From an uncultured Pseudomonadota bacterium (GTDB taxonomy: Bacteria; Oederibacteriota; Muellerivitia; Muellerivitales; Muellerivitaceae), in the NCBI GenBank assembly GCA_963770835.1, contig CAVYRH010000026.1:672001-736000 (forward strand): a stretch of 64,000 bases of DNA, written 5' to 3'. Of the stretch, positions 32,147 through 43,804 are shown one piece after another. A program made the translations under genes and the position numbers. The first letter of the stretch is position 1. The number at the start of each line of letters is the position of its first letter. The notes under the pieces are model-generated. The model was not told the DNA's origin, searched no databases, and saw only the letters and a program-made list of their open reading frames with translations.

Positions 32147-34981
32147 ATGTCTTCTTATCCACACAAAAAGCCGAAAATCTTAGATCTGGCTTTCGGCTTG
32201 ATCGGGGCCTTGCTTTGTCCAAGCGGGATCAGTTGGGCCCAGTGCACCCCCACGTCCGCCACTCTCTACGCCGATGCCGACGATGAACTTAACGTCTGGG
32301 TCAATGGCAACCTGATTACCACCACGCCCGTGTCCTTCGTCAACGCCGCTAGCGGCACCATCCCAAGCTTTTCTATCCCCGCGGGCGATTTCGTCAGCGG
32401 TAACAACCTGATCGCGGCTGAGAACATCAATACCAGCGCCAGCGTCGTGATGGCTTCCTGGGTCATCGACGTCACCTGTTCCAGCGGCCAGCACGCCTAT
32501 TTTTCCAACACCGATTCCTGCTATCAGACTTATGACGATGTCCCGGGCACTTCCAACCCCGTGAGCGCTCCCTCAACCGTTGGCGGCGTTTACTGGTATC
32601 AGACGGGCTACCCCGCCACGGCTGTCAGCGGTTATTTCACCGGAACCCCGGTCCAGGTGACCGCGGCGGCGGTCACCGCAAACGATCCCTACTTGAAACC
32701 CATGTACAGTCCCCAAACGGGCCAGCTTGAACCCTTCACTTCGATCGACAATACGGGGCTCGATAACTCCGCTAACGAAGTCATCTATTACCGGGGGGAA
32801 TGTCCCTTGAACCCGGAGGTTTATACTTCGCCCAACTTCACGATCCAAAAAATCCCGGGGGTCACATCCTTCCCCTCCACCAGCAACTACAGTCCGACTG
32901 CGCCTTACACCATCATCGTTTGCAACAGTGGTGCTCCCGTCAATTCGCCCGTGACGGTTTGGGACCAGATGCTGGGGGGTATCGGTGGAAATTACACGGG
33001 ACCCTATTGGAGCTATCCCACAAACCCCTATAGCGCCAATTCCGTTTCCGGAGGAGCCCTCTTCACATTCCCTCAGGGTTTCGGGGGGGACAATACTTGC
33101 GTCACCATGATGGCCAACATCTCTAACTTCAATACTTCTACCGGCTGCACGGTCCTCAACGCCGCGGGAGTCAGCTGGGGGGGCACGCCCCAGCCCACCA
33201 CCACCGCCGGGGTTCCGGTGTCCTGTTCCACGAACACCTTTACCCCCACCTTCACCCCAACCTCCACTTGGACCAACACACCCACGCCTTCCATTACCTC
33301 GACGCCCACGAAGACGTCTACTTCAACGCCTACGTTCACCCCCACCAACACAGCCACCCCCACTTCCACCTTCACACCCACGAATACATCCACCATCACT
33401 CCCACCAAAACGCCTACCGCTACAGCCACCGATAGTCCCACCAATACGCCCACGGCCACGCCCTCCAATACTTTCACGGTTACGCCGTCCGGTACCCCAA
33501 CGAATACACCGACTCCTAGCCCCAGCCGAACTCCTACGGCCACCCCCACCAACACCGCCAGTTTTACGTCCACCGCGACACCAACCAATACGGTTGCCAA
33601 TACCCCCACCGCTACCGTGACGAATACCCACACTTCGACGTCCAGTGCCACACCGTCAAGTACCCCCACCAGCAGCTCCACTTCTACGCCGACCACCAGC
33701 CCCAGTTCCACACCGACCACCACTTCTACGAACACCCTGGCCAACACCGCCACAAATACTCCGACCAAAACGCCCACAACAACGCCTACCCTCACTGCCA
33801 CTCCGACCTCTACCAGTTCCCCTACCAATACCCCGACCAATACGGCTACGGGAACGCCCGGTTCGACCCCTACCCTTACCCCCACCGCCACGGCTACCCA
33901 GACTTACATCAATACCCCTACCCCGACCGACAGCCCCACCAAGACACCGACGGCCACCCCCAGTTCCACGCCTACGGTCACGGCCACTTTCACGCCCAGC
34001 TTCACCACCACCGCCAGCCCGACCTTTACCGCCAGCCTGACCCCCACTAATACCCTCATCAATACCGGAACACCCAGCCCAACCCCCACCCGGACGGCCA
34101 CCTCCACTTTGACCGCTACGGCCAGCTCAACCCCAACGAGCAGTGCCACGGCCACCCCGACCGATACTTTCGTGAATACCCCTACGCCGACCGACACTCC
34201 CACGGCCAGCCCTAGTTACACCCCTAGCGCCACCCCGACCCTGACAGCAACTTCCACGGTCACCTCCACGGCCAGCTCTACCGCAACATTCACTGCCACC
34301 GCGACTCCCACCAACACCTTCGTCAACACGCCCACCCCGACGAATACCCCCACTAGCTCCATGACGGCGACCCCCAGCTCCACCGCGAGTACGACCGCCT
34401 CAGCCACGCCTTCTTCCAGTGCCACCCGCACCGTCACCTCCAGCCCTTCGGCCACAACCACCCGGACAGCTACCACCACGCCGTCGTTCACCGCAAGCCA
34501 AACCCCAAGCTGGACCGCCACGGCCACAACGACCAACAGCCCCACCCGGACGAAAACCACCACCCCGACCTGGACGCCTTCCCCAACGATGACTTCGACG
34601 CGAACTTCCACGCCCACCCTTACGATTACCTCAACCTTTAGCATCACCCCCACCCCCACGGTGAGCGTGACGCCCACCGCCACAGGGAATTTCGTGGACA
34701 TCTTCAAGGTTTCCCAAAATATCTTGCGCCCGTCCCAAGGGCCGGTTTCCATTGAAGTGCAATACAGCCGCTACCCTGGGCTCTACAGCCTGATGATCTA
34801 CAATTCGGCGGGGGAGCACATTAAAACGTTGGATAACACCACCTTGAACGCCCCGGTGAGCGCGGTCTACCAGTGGGACGGGAAGAACAAATACGGGGAT
34901 ACCTGCGCCAGCGGGATTTACATCCTCAACCTCACCGAACCCTATAGCCGGAAAGTCAAGAAGTTGCTTATTGTGAGGTAG
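32147..34981 (+). CDS. 944-aa secreted protein: Cys-containing beta-rich head, Thr/Ser/Pro stalk, FlgD-like sorting tail
   Basis: [12 protein letters not shown] signal cleavage; ADD..VWVNG; tail [27 protein letters not shown]. Confidence 0.85.
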   Translation: MSSYPHKKPKILDLAFGLIGALLCPSGISWAQCTPTSATLYADADDELNVWVNGNLITTTPVSFVNAASGTIPSFSIPAGDFVSGNNLIAAENINTSASVVMASWVIDVTCSSGQHAYFSNTDSCYQTYDDVPGTSNPVSAPSTVGGVYWYQTGYPATAVSGYFTGTPVQVTAAAVTANDPYLKPMYSPQTGQLEPFTSIDNTGLDNSANEVIYYRGECPLNPEVYTSPNFTIQKIPGVTSFPSTSNYSPTAPYTIIVCNSGAPVNSPVTVWDQMLGGIGGNYTGPYWSYPTNPYSANSVSGGALFTFPQGFGGDNTCVTMMANISNFNTSTGCTVLNAAGVSWGGTPQPTTTAGVPVSCSTNTFTPTFTPTSTWTNTPTPSITSTPTKTSTSTPTFTPTNTATPTSTFTPTNTSTITPTKTPTATATDSPTNTPTATPSNTFTVTPSGTPTNTPTPSPSRTPTATPTNTASFTSTATPTNTVANTPTATVTNTHTSTSSATPSSTPTSSSTSTPTTSPSSTPTTTSTNTLANTATNTPTKTPTTTPTLTATPTSTSSPTNTPTNTATGTPGSTPTLTPTATATQTYINTPTPTDSPTKTPTATPSSTPTVTATFTPSFTTTASPTFTASLTPTNTLINTGTPSPTPTRTATSTLTATASSTPTSSATATPTDTFVNTPTPTDTPTASPSYTPSATPTLTATSTVTSTASSTATFTATATPTNTFVNTPTPTNTPTSSMTATPSSTASTTASATPSSSATRTVTSSPSATTTRTATTTPSFTASQTPSWTATATTTNSPTRTKTTTPTWTPSPTMTSTRTSTPTLTITSTFSITPTPTVSVTPTATGNFVDIFKVSQNILRPSQGPVSIEVQYSRYPGLYSLMIYNSAGEHIKTLDNTTLNAPVSAVYQWDGKNKYGDTCASGIYILNLTEPYSRKVKKLLIVR

Positions 34982-37025
34982 CCCTGGAAGGCCGGGAGAG
35001 TGTCTCAAGCGCCTGGCGGGTGGAAGGGCTCGGATTCAGCTCCAGAGCTTTTTGGAAAAAGACCATGGCTTTGCCCGAATCGCCCGATTGGTAGGCCGCG
35101 ATTCCGGCGTCATAATAGCTGTCGGCGTTTTTCGGATCGACCGCAATGGCCCTTTCCATCCACTCCGAAGCCTTATTCCCCTCACCCATTTGTAAATAAT
35201 TAAAACCCACATTCAAGTCGTTTTGCGGATTTTCGGGGTCCCAAGCTTCAACCCAAAGAAGATGGGGAAGGGCTTTTTCATAAAAAGAAGCAAATGCCTT
35301 AGGCACATAAGCCCCGGGAGGGGTCATCAAGCCCCACCCTCTCGCTGCTTCCTTTTGGTACCAGGCCGCCATCCAAAGGCGTGCCATTCCGTAGTCCTTC
35401 AAGAAATAATTCCACGAGACATCATCCACCGAATCGTCGGGTTTTTGGAAATGCCTTAGCCGCATCCCCCGCCAAAGGGCTTCGGCCCGGGCTTCGTCGA
35501 AAAGTGCCTTTTCTGACGGTAGGAAACCTTCTTGTGTCAAACCATTGGGAACCAGTTGGACCTGTTCCAAACCGTCCGCTGAGAGGTCCGGAAAAGTAAA
35601 GAAAAGCCTATGACTGGGGTTTTGCTCCACCATCCACTGGAAAAGATGGCCCGAGATGTATTCCTTGCCCTTCTCGTGAAGAGGATAGGGAACCTTCAAG
35701 CCCGGCTGGGTGCGGGCTAGGAACATACGGTACCAATCCATCGGAAGACTTCCCCCGCCCAAAACCGTGATATCGGGTCTTTTCCCCTCGATCATCTGGA
35801 GGTACCAACAAGGGAAATCCAGAACGTCGCCTTTGCAGAAGAAGAAGCCTCCCGCCGGCACGGATTTCCAGGCGTTTAGGACATAGTCGTAGGTATAGGT
35901 GTAAAAGGCCTGGCCGCCGGTCAGGCAACGGAAAAACACCAGCCCCAGCACCAAAACCCATGTGGCCAAGAGCGGGGCCCGCCCAAAGAAGCGAAACCGA
36001 CTTTTCCACAATTCCGCCAGATAACCAAGGCCCGGGGCCGCGAAAAGAGGGATGAGGATGAAGGCGGCAATGGAATAGTTTTGCATCAGGTAGATGCGTT
36101 CACTGGAAAACTTGGAGAAAACGCAAACGGCGGCGAAGAGTCCGGACCAAGCGAGGAGGAATCCCAAGGCGACGCGGCGGTTTTCCTTCCAAGCGGCGAA
36201 GGCCCCCAGGAGAGCCAAAAGAAGGACTCCGCTGAATTCCACAAAGGCCGATTTGATGTAGAAGAAACCCTGCTGAGCCCAAAGAAGCGGGTCTGCTGTG
36301 AAGTCCTTGTCCTTGTCCACGTAGCGGCTGACGTGGTGAAGGAAATTGGAAAGGTTCACCGGATGGGCCCAATTGACAAGCGGGTCCAGAGCAGAACGTA
36401 AGGGAAGGTATAAGTAAAGGGAAAGGCCAATGATTAGAAATGAGGAGCTAGCTAAAATTTCCTTAACCGTTAGGCCCCGTTCTTTCCATCGACCCCACGC
36501 CAAGTACATAAAGCCCACCAAACAAGGCAGCATGCTCATCCAGTGGTTGGCCAGTGAAAGGCCGAAAAGGAAGAAGGACGCTCCCAGTTTTCCACGCAAA
36601 AGAGGGGAGAAGATCGCCAATATAAAAACGGCTGTCAGCTGGTAAATTCCGTTTTTGCAGCTTAAAGAAGCCGGGTAAGCCGTGACTCCCGCCATCCAAA
36701 GCAGGGCGAAAGGCCAGGCGAGGGAGGCGGCCACTTGGAACCTGTCCTTCAGGATATGGAAAAGCAGGAGACAGGCGAATGCCCCGCAAAGAGCCGAGAG
36801 CAAGTTGACCCGAAGACAGGGGTGCCCCAGGGGCAGAAGGGAAAGCAACCGGCCCAAGAGGGTGTAAAGGGGATAACCCGGGGGATGGGCGATACCCAAG
36901 GTTGCGGCCACCGTGGCGATCTCTGGACTGTCATCCATATAGAAGGAAGGGTTCAAGCCCCAAAGCGTGAGGGCGAAGGCCGTTAAAAACAAAAGGCCCC
37001 CCCAAAGATGGTCCTTTCGCTTCAT
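34968..37025 (-). CDS. DUF2723/TMEM260-like GT-C glycosyltransferase with C-terminal TPRs
   Basis: [55 protein letters not shown]-coupled to upstream gene. Confidence 0.85.
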   Translation of the reverse strand: MKRKDHLWGGLLFLTAFALTLWGLNPSFYMDDSPEIATVAATLGIAHPPGYPLYTLLGRLLSLLPLGHPCLRVNLLSALCGAFACLLLFHILKDRFQVAASLAWPFALLWMAGVTAYPASLSCKNGIYQLTAVFILAIFSPLLRGKLGASFFLFGLSLANHWMSMLPCLVGFMYLAWGRWKERGLTVKEILASSSFLIIGLSLYLYLPLRSALDPLVNWAHPVNLSNFLHHVSRYVDKDKDFTADPLLWAQQGFFYIKSAFVEFSGVLLLALLGAFAAWKENRRVALGFLLAWSGLFAAVCVFSKFSSERIYLMQNYSIAAFILIPLFAAPGLGYLAELWKSRFRFFGRAPLLATWVLVLGLVFFRCLTGGQAFYTYTYDYVLNAWKSVPAGGFFFCKGDVLDFPCWYLQMIEGKRPDITVLGGGSLPMDWYRMFLARTQPGLKVPYPLHEKGKEYISGHLFQWMVEQNPSHRLFFTFPDLSADGLEQVQLVPNGLTQEGFLPSEKALFDEARAEALWRGMRLRHFQKPDDSVDDVSWNYFLKDYGMARLWMAAWYQKEAARGWGLMTPPGAYVPKAFASFYEKALPHLLWVEAWDPENPQNDLNVGFNYLQMGEGNKASEWMERAIAVDPKNADSYYDAGIAAYQSGDSGKAMVFFQKALELNPSPSTRQALETLSRPSRATSQ

Positions 37026-39250
37026 CGAGCCACCACTTTCCGCCAAGCCCAGCCGCCCGAAGCAAAAAGGTAACTGGCGAGAGCGATGAGGGAGATCCAT
37101 TTACCCAGAGTGAAACCGGGCGCCTCATAAAGAAGGTCGAAATGGTGGATTCCGGCGGATAAGGGGATCGCTCGGGCGAAAACATCTCCCGGCATTACGT
37201 GGTAATTTTTTTGGACGCTGTCCGGGTAAGCCCGGGCCTTCCATCCGCTTCCGTAGCTATCGGTTATCAAAAGGATCTGAGGTTTGTCGGTTTGGACGGT
37301 GAGTTCCGCCCAGTCGCTGTTGTGGTTATGGAGGGTCATCCGGCCCTTTCCCCCATTTTCCTCGGGAAGGGGATCGGGGGTTCCTTCCAGGATGACTTCA
37401 GTTTGGGGATTGAAACCGGGTTGGTTAAAGAGTTCCAGGGCGTCCTTCAGGCCGGAGGCTTGATGCCACCCACCGACCAGGAAAACGCGGGGAAAGCGGG
37501 GAAAGGGGTTGGGTGTCACTTGAAACTGATCCCCTTTTTTGTCGATGAAATAGCCCAACCGGGTTAAAGAACTTTTGGCGGGAGTGAGGCTCAAAAATTG
37601 AGTGTCCGGGGATTGGCCGGTTCTTTCCCCCGAGGTGATAAAGGCGGAAAGCCTTTTGGGAACCATCGGATCGTCCCCCCACACATCAGGGAAGCCCAGA
37701 CCCATGGAGCGGTCGTTATGGGCCGACCAAAAAACCCGGCCATCCCCTAAGTTGGGGCCGAGTGCCGCCCGGATCGGCTCGGATTCAGCCAGCCAGGATT
37801 GAACGTCAAAAGACGGTACGTGTGATTGGGCAAAGACCCATAGGTTCAGCACTCCCAAAAAGGCCAGTGCGATCTTGCCAGGAGCTTTTCCGAACCATCC
37901 CAAAAAGCCGAAAAACATGAAAAATAGGGCCGCAAATCCGGCCGAAGCCATGCATGCTTCTTTACAGGGCCAATCGCCCATCCAGAACCATCCCATCGCC
38001 AGGAAAAAAAGAAAAGAAAAACCGAAAGCCCAAATAGGCAAAGCTTTCGACGCGGCATCCTCCTCCAACCAGGCTTGGAGACCCTTGGCCGAAAGAAGGG
38101 AGGCAAAGGCCTGGACCAAAATGAAAAATTTGAAACTGCCCCGGAAGTTATGGAAAAGGGGAAACTTCTCCAAAAGGGGATAAAGGAAAGTGTAGGACCC
38201 GAAGGAAAATAGGGCGGCCAGAAGGGAAAGGCCCAAGGGGATGCGGTTTTGGGAGAGGCCGCCCCGGCGAAGAGAATTCAGGGCGAAGAGGAACGCCGCA
38301 ACGCCGATGAAAGGCGTGATTTCCCACCAGATAAGCCTATTTACGAATAATGAGCTGGGGTCGGGCCCGCCGAAAAAATTAGGGGCCAAAATGGTCACTA
38401 GGCCAAGGGGATTCATGGAGAAAAACTCGCTGTTGGATGATTGAGAAAGATCACGGCCGAATTCGGAAGAAGCGGCCCAAGCGGGCATCCATTGGATGGC
38501 AGTAAGGGCCGCGGCGAGGGCGAAGAAACCCAACAAGGCGAGTGCTTGGCGGGTCCAGCGGGAAGGCTGGCGCCAAATTAAGGCCAGGGCGTAGAGAACC
38601 GCAAAGAGAACGCTATAAAAAAAGTATTGGGGATGGCCGGAGAGAAGTTGGAGAGAAAGGATGCCGGAACCCAAAAGCAAGTTCGGGAGGGAGGGGGATT
38701 CCAGTATTTTTTCAATGCTTAAAAAGACCAGTGGAATCCAAGCCATGGCGCAGAGGTTCGTCAAATGGCCGGGGGTGACATGGGCGAAAAAGGCCCCGCC
38801 GAACATGAAGACAAAGGCACCGAAGAGGGCGGAAATAAAAGAGAGGCGGTTGGAAGAGAGCCAAAGATAGGCGAAAAAACCCGCGAGGAAAACATGGAGG
38901 GCGATGGAGAGATTCAGGGCGAAGACCAGGGGGAAGACGAGGAAGATACAGTTCGGTGGATAAAGCAGGGCGGACTGGAAACCCGCGAAGTAAGGTTCGC
39001 CGCAATAAAGGTAAGGGTTCCAAAGGGCCAGGTGCCCTCTGGTCAATTCGGTAAAGCCGAACAGCCGCCAGGCGTAAAACTGGTTGGCCAGGTCCCCGTC
39101 GGCGGTGGAAACCAGGAGATGGGTCGAAAAAAGAATAGGCGAAAAAAGAGTCAGGACCGCGATCACCAAGACAAGAGCGGCCCAGGACTTGCGGATTTGG
39201 GCGGCTGAAAGCAAAAATTGCCGGAGGCTTTCGGAACCATGGGATGTCAT
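37022..39250 (-). CDS. YfhO-like polytopic GT-C glycosyltransferase
   Basis: GDLANQFY, LWNPYLYCGEP..LYPP, SGHPQ; C-terminal GWKA..RAIPLSAGIH..Y then last TM. Confidence 0.82.
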   Translation of the reverse strand: MTSHGSESLRQFLLSAAQIRKSWAALVLVIAVLTLFSPILFSTHLLVSTADGDLANQFYAWRLFGFTELTRGHLALWNPYLYCGEPYFAGFQSALLYPPNCIFLVFPLVFALNLSIALHVFLAGFFAYLWLSSNRLSFISALFGAFVFMFGGAFFAHVTPGHLTNLCAMAWIPLVFLSIEKILESPSLPNLLLGSGILSLQLLSGHPQYFFYSVLFAVLYALALIWRQPSRWTRQALALLGFFALAAALTAIQWMPAWAASSEFGRDLSQSSNSEFFSMNPLGLVTILAPNFFGGPDPSSLFVNRLIWWEITPFIGVAAFLFALNSLRRGGLSQNRIPLGLSLLAALFSFGSYTFLYPLLEKFPLFHNFRGSFKFFILVQAFASLLSAKGLQAWLEEDAASKALPIWAFGFSFLFFLAMGWFWMGDWPCKEACMASAGFAALFFMFFGFLGWFGKAPGKIALAFLGVLNLWVFAQSHVPSFDVQSWLAESEPIRAALGPNLGDGRVFWSAHNDRSMGLGFPDVWGDDPMVPKRLSAFITSGERTGQSPDTQFLSLTPAKSSLTRLGYFIDKKGDQFQVTPNPFPRFPRVFLVGGWHQASGLKDALELFNQPGFNPQTEVILEGTPDPLPEENGGKGRMTLHNHNSDWAELTVQTDKPQILLITDSYGSGWKARAYPDSVQKNYHVMPGDVFARAIPLSAGIHHFDLLYEAPGFTLGKWISLIALASYLFASGGWAWRKVVAR

Positions 39251-39289
39251 GGGGCTAGGATACCGTAAAATTTTGAATTCAAAATGGGT

Positions 39290-41212
39290 TTAGGGTAACC
39301 CGTTCCCCAAAATCTGCCGGGCTGTAGGGTCCCCGGGCTTTTCCCTTAAAACCCGTTGCATGCAAAGGGCGGCTTCCGGCCGGCGGCCGGTGTAAGCATA
39401 GAGAAGTCCCAGGTTGTAATAAAAATCGTAATACCTTCCCCCCGTTTGGTGGATGGCCTCTAGGAAAAGCGACTCCGAGGCTTCCGGATGCCCGCTGTTG
39501 GCGCAGAAAATTCCAAGGTTCTGGAGGCTATTGGGAAAAACAACCGGTTTATACAAATCTTCCCAAATGCAGTCCCAAAGCGGGGGAGGGGATGCTTGGA
39601 GCAGGGTGGAGGACTCCGACAGGATGGACCGCGAGACGCCCGCTTCCGACAAGAGCCGGTTATAGTCCAAATCGGGAACCTGATCCGCGTAACCCCGTCT
39701 CAAAAAAATTGCTGCGGTAGCATCCAAATAAACCAGGCGCCAATCGGGCACGGATTGGAGCAGCATGGTCCAATGGGCGTTTAGGGGGTTGAAAAAAAGG
39801 ATGTTGGCTTGGTATTTGTCAGCCAAACCCTCCAGACTCCCGGAATCGTTGAATCTCAAGTATTCGGAATAGAATTTCCCGCCGAAGACCTCCAGGCGGC
39901 TATCGATGAAGGTCTTCTGGGGGCCTTTCCAATCCAGCCAACCGCCGTCATCGAACTGGTTCAGGATTCTTCCATCCAGGTGATTTTGAACGAGGAATTC
40001 GCAAGCCTTCACCGGTTGGGCCCCGAAATCCAGCCCTAGGCCAAAACGGTCGGTCCGACGGTCGGAAACGTAGTAGGCGCCGGTCACAACCCTGAGGCAA
40101 AGACCCAGGAGGAAGACCGTGATGATCCAAGAAACAAAGGGTTTGGACAAGAGGGACTCTTGAAGTTTACTCGGCCAACCCCATTCCAGATCCATCCAAG
40201 AGGCGGCCGTAAGGGGAAGGCAGGTTATCATAAAAAGTGGAATATTCCGGAAGGCGGAGACGGAGAGGCCGAAGAAGACGGCGAAGAGGAGCCAATCGCG
40301 AATTTTCCTTTTGTGGAAAGTCACCGCCATCAAGCCGAAGAGAAAAAAACTGAAAAGCTTGTAAAGCAGGAGGTAAAGGGTGGGGGCGGACAAGAGGGTC
40401 GGCGTGGCGAACCAGGGGGATTGCAATTCTTTTAAACTGTCGTGCATCACTGGGTCGCTCAGAGTGGTCAGGTTCGCAAGGGGATAAGCCACGCCACGAA
40501 GGAAATAGGGGTTTACAAGGCAAAAAGCAATCGACAGCGAGGAATAGAGAAGAAGTTTTTTATCGATTCTCCCCGTGTCAAAACGACTTGAAACCCAATA
40601 AACCCCCATCAAAATCCATCCAAGAATAAAAAGGCCTTCCATATTCACCCAAACGAGTTGAATCAGGGGAAGCGAGAATAAAAGGTCACGGTTTCGGCGC
40701 ACCCGTGATTCCAACACCCAAAGGGTCAGGCTCATGAGAAACCAGCTGGCGATCTCGGGGCGGACGCGGAAGCGTATTTCGCAGGTTAAAAGAGTTGTTG
40801 CAATTAAAAGAACGCATGCCCACAAGGGAGCCCCGACTAACCGCAGGCGTTTGAAAACCAAGAGAACCGTCGCGCCAATGAGAAAAACGTGGAAAAGCGA
40901 AACAAGAGAATAACCCCCTATTCGGTAAAGCAGGTAAAGGGCGACTTGGTAAAGCCAATGAATATCCAGATATGGATGTTCTGGGACGGTATAGGTATAG
41001 GTGTCGTTGGAGGGAAAGCGAAGATTTTCTAGTATCCATTGGCCGCCTTTTAAATGAAGCCCCAAATCGGAGTCGTTAATGAGATGGGTCGAGAAAAGGA
41101 AAGTTAAAAGAAAGCAGGCCAGGAGGGAATAAAACCAAGGATCAACAAGGCGTAGGGGAGGCCGACTAGGAGCAGAAGGAGCTTTCACGGGGAAAGGATT
41201 AGGATCGAGCAT
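39290..41212 (-). CDS. polytopic GT-C-like membrane protein (DxxxHL..G family) with C-terminal TPR
   Basis: DSDLGLHLKGGQWI, WLYQ, RVRPE, LVNPY, FIDSRLE; many TM helices. Confidence 0.7.
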   Translation of the reverse strand: MLDPNPFPVKAPSAPSRPPLRLVDPWFYSLLACFLLTFLFSTHLINDSDLGLHLKGGQWILENLRFPSNDTYTYTVPEHPYLDIHWLYQVALYLLYRIGGYSLVSLFHVFLIGATVLLVFKRLRLVGAPLWACVLLIATTLLTCEIRFRVRPEIASWFLMSLTLWVLESRVRRNRDLLFSLPLIQLVWVNMEGLFILGWILMGVYWVSSRFDTGRIDKKLLLYSSLSIAFCLVNPYFLRGVAYPLANLTTLSDPVMHDSLKELQSPWFATPTLLSAPTLYLLLYKLFSFFLFGLMAVTFHKRKIRDWLLFAVFFGLSVSAFRNIPLFMITCLPLTAASWMDLEWGWPSKLQESLLSKPFVSWIITVFLLGLCLRVVTGAYYVSDRRTDRFGLGLDFGAQPVKACEFLVQNHLDGRILNQFDDGGWLDWKGPQKTFIDSRLEVFGGKFYSEYLRFNDSGSLEGLADKYQANILFFNPLNAHWTMLLQSVPDWRLVYLDATAAIFLRRGYADQVPDLDYNRLLSEAGVSRSILSESSTLLQASPPPLWDCIWEDLYKPVVFPNSLQNLGIFCANSGHPEASESLFLEAIHQTGGRYYDFYYNLGLLYAYTGRRPEAALCMQRVLREKPGDPTARQILGNGLP

Positions 41213-41301
41213 GAAGGGTATTATAAAGGGTTATTTATGGGACTTCTTCTTCCCGTTATCATTGAGGGGTTTCCGCAAGAATATCCATTAAGGAAGCGAA
41301 T

Positions 41302-43488
41302 TTGCAGGAAAAAGATAAAACCCAATTCATCCTCAGGAAAAAACATCTTCCCCCCGAGGAGCTGGCGGCCCAGACAGGCTTGAGCGTCAACGAGGTTCGG
41401 GAAATCCTCCGAAAAAGCGGAAAGGAAGAGCTGGCGCCAGGGGCCAATCTTTCCATCGCTTGGAAACCGCCGGCTTGGGTTTGGCCCTTTTTATTGATCC
41501 TCGTGGTGATCCTGTTTTACCTGCCGGTCCTCCACAACGATTTCGTGAATTGGGACGATAAGGACGCTATTACCGACAACCCCGCAATCCGTCATTTGGA
41601 CTGGGCTTTCGTGAAGTGGATGTTTACCACTTACACTACCGGGAACTGGATGCCCCTTACCTGGTTTTCCTTCGTCCTGAATTACCGGATGGGAGGGCTG
41701 GACCCGAGGATATTCCACGCCACCAACGTCCTATTCCATTGTTTTAATACGGTTTTGGTTTTTGGGGTATGTCTGCGGATCCTGAGGGCTATCCCTGACG
41801 GGGAAGCATCCGGGGCCTTGGCGCGGGCCAAGGACTTCGCCTTGCCTATCGCCTTTCTGACAGCCCTCCTGTTTGGGTTGCATCCTATCCACGTGGAATC
41901 GGTGGCATGGGCCACCGAACGCAAGGACGTGCTTTATTCCTTTTTTTACCTCGGAAGCCTTTATCTCTACCTGGATTACGCTTTCTCCGGATGGAAAACA
42001 AAAACCCTCAAATGGGGTAGCCTCTTTCTTTATCTGCTTTCCTTGTTGTCGAAACCCATGGCCGTCACCCTTCCTTTTGTTTTTCTTGTATTGGATTATT
42101 GGCCCCTTCGGAAGTTTTTTCGGGATTTTCCCAAAGCTCTCAAGGACAAGGCGCCCTTTTTTGCCCTCGCCCTGGGATCGACTTTGGTTACCTTTCTCTC
42201 TCACGAAAAAACGCTCTCTTACGCGCAAAGCGGTGTCGAATTTTATTGGATATTGAACGCCTTTAGGTCGATCGTTTTTTACCTTTTGAAAATGGCCTGG
42301 CCCTCGGGGCTGACCGGCTATTATCCTTTCCCGCCGCAAATCACTCCGGTCTATCTTCTGGAGGATTTTTGCGCGGTGGGGTTGGTCATCTTGGCTTTTT
42401 ATTATTCCTATCGACTGCGCCAGAAAGCGCCCTATCTCATAACCGCCTGGGCGTATTACATCGTCACGCTCGCGCCGGTATTAGGATTTATCCAGACCGG
42501 ATCCCAGGCCGCGGCGGACCGCTACACCTATCTTCCAAGCCTCGCCTTCTTTTTGCTTTTTTCTGCGGGAGTTGCTCGATGGGTTTCCTACAACCGTTTA
42601 TTATTCGGGGTAATTTCCTTCGCACTGGCGGCAGTTATTGGACTTTTAACAGTGATACAAATCGGAACATGGAAAAACACACAAGTTCTCTGGGAAAGGG
42701 TGACAGAGGTTTATCCTGACGAAAACGCGGATGCCTATTCCCGGTTGGGGGTGGCTTACCTCAAGGCCCACCGCTATGATGAAGCATTAGCCGCTTTTAG
42801 CCGGGCATCGGCCATTCCTCCACCCTTAGCCAGGACCTTCCACGGCTTGGGAACGGCGCTGGTTTATAAGGATAAAATTCCTGAAGCCATTCAGGCATTT
42901 GAATATGCCCTAACTTTGGATCCCCAGTTAATCGGGCCCCGCCTCAATCTTTGGAACGTTTATGAACGGTTAGGCCAGCATGAGATGGCTATCGAGCAAA
43001 TGAAAGAAGCGATCCGTTTAGAGCCAACTTCAGCCTTGTTCCAAAATAATTTGGGGGTGAGCGATGGCTTCCTGAAGCGCTATTCGGAAGCCGAGGCGGC
43101 TTTCGCGAAGGCACATCAGCTGGATCCCCAAAACACGGAATATCTTGTTAATCTTGCCACCATTTGTGAATGGGAGGGTAAAACCCAAGATGCCATGGCA
43201 TGGTATCGCAAGGGGATCATCTCGAATCCAAACGAGGCGGTTTATTTTCTTAAAATAGGAGATATTTACTTATCCGAAGGATTGAAACTACAAGCCCTGA
43301 GGAGTCTTCAAGAGGCATGGAAACTTCACCCCACCACCGCCAAAATCACCCAGCAAATCGGAGAAGACTTTGAAAAATTAGGGAAGGCTGATTTGGCCGC
43401 GGAATGTTTCGCTGAATCGCAGCGATTATCCAATAGCGGAAAGAATCAAGTATCAGAGATTGGAGAATCAACCCAACTTGGAAAGTAA
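41302..43488 (+). CDS. TMTC-like GT-C protein O-mannosyltransferase homolog with TPR array
   Basis: NDFVNWDD, WMPLTWFS, LHPIHVESVAWATERKD, LLSKPMA, ADRYTYLP, then many TPRs; TTG start. Confidence 0.85.
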   Translation: MQEKDKTQFILRKKHLPPEELAAQTGLSVNEVREILRKSGKEELAPGANLSIAWKPPAWVWPFLLILVVILFYLPVLHNDFVNWDDKDAITDNPAIRHLDWAFVKWMFTTYTTGNWMPLTWFSFVLNYRMGGLDPRIFHATNVLFHCFNTVLVFGVCLRILRAIPDGEASGALARAKDFALPIAFLTALLFGLHPIHVESVAWATERKDVLYSFFYLGSLYLYLDYAFSGWKTKTLKWGSLFLYLLSLLSKPMAVTLPFVFLVLDYWPLRKFFRDFPKALKDKAPFFALALGSTLVTFLSHEKTLSYAQSGVEFYWILNAFRSIVFYLLKMAWPSGLTGYYPFPPQITPVYLLEDFCAVGLVILAFYYSYRLRQKAPYLITAWAYYIVTLAPVLGFIQTGSQAAADRYTYLPSLAFFLLFSAGVARWVSYNRLLFGVISFALAAVIGLLTVIQIGTWKNTQVLWERVTEVYPDENADAYSRLGVAYLKAHRYDEALAAFSRASAIPPPLARTFHGLGTALVYKDKIPEAIQAFEYALTLDPQLIGPRLNLWNVYERLGQHEMAIEQMKEAIRLEPTSALFQNNLGVSDGFLKRYSEAEAAFAKAHQLDPQNTEYLVNLATICEWEGKTQDAMAWYRKGIISNPNEAVYFLKIGDIYLSEGLKLQALRSLQEAWKLHPTTAKITQQIGEDFEKLGKADLAAECFAESQRLSNSGKNQVSEIGESTQLGK

Positions 43489-43804
43489 GTTTTGAATAGA
43501 ACGATCAAATTTGTCCTTCTGGCTTTGGTGCGAAGCAGGAAATAAAATAGGTTTCACGGGAAAACCGAAGTCGAAACTGCTTTCGAAAATAAACAAATTT
43601 ACAGCATAAAATTGCTGTGAACCCTCGTATTCGAAAAATATATGCGATAATATTTAAGTTGAAGGGGCTTTTGGGTCGTTGTGTTGTAACGTTATGAGAC
43701 TGCGCTGTTTAGATTAAGCTCTCATCAAACTATTTTTTTAAATCATTGTTGATTTCTAATCCGAAACCGTTTTTGCAATTGACGATTTTGGGGAAAAAAT
43801 AAAG

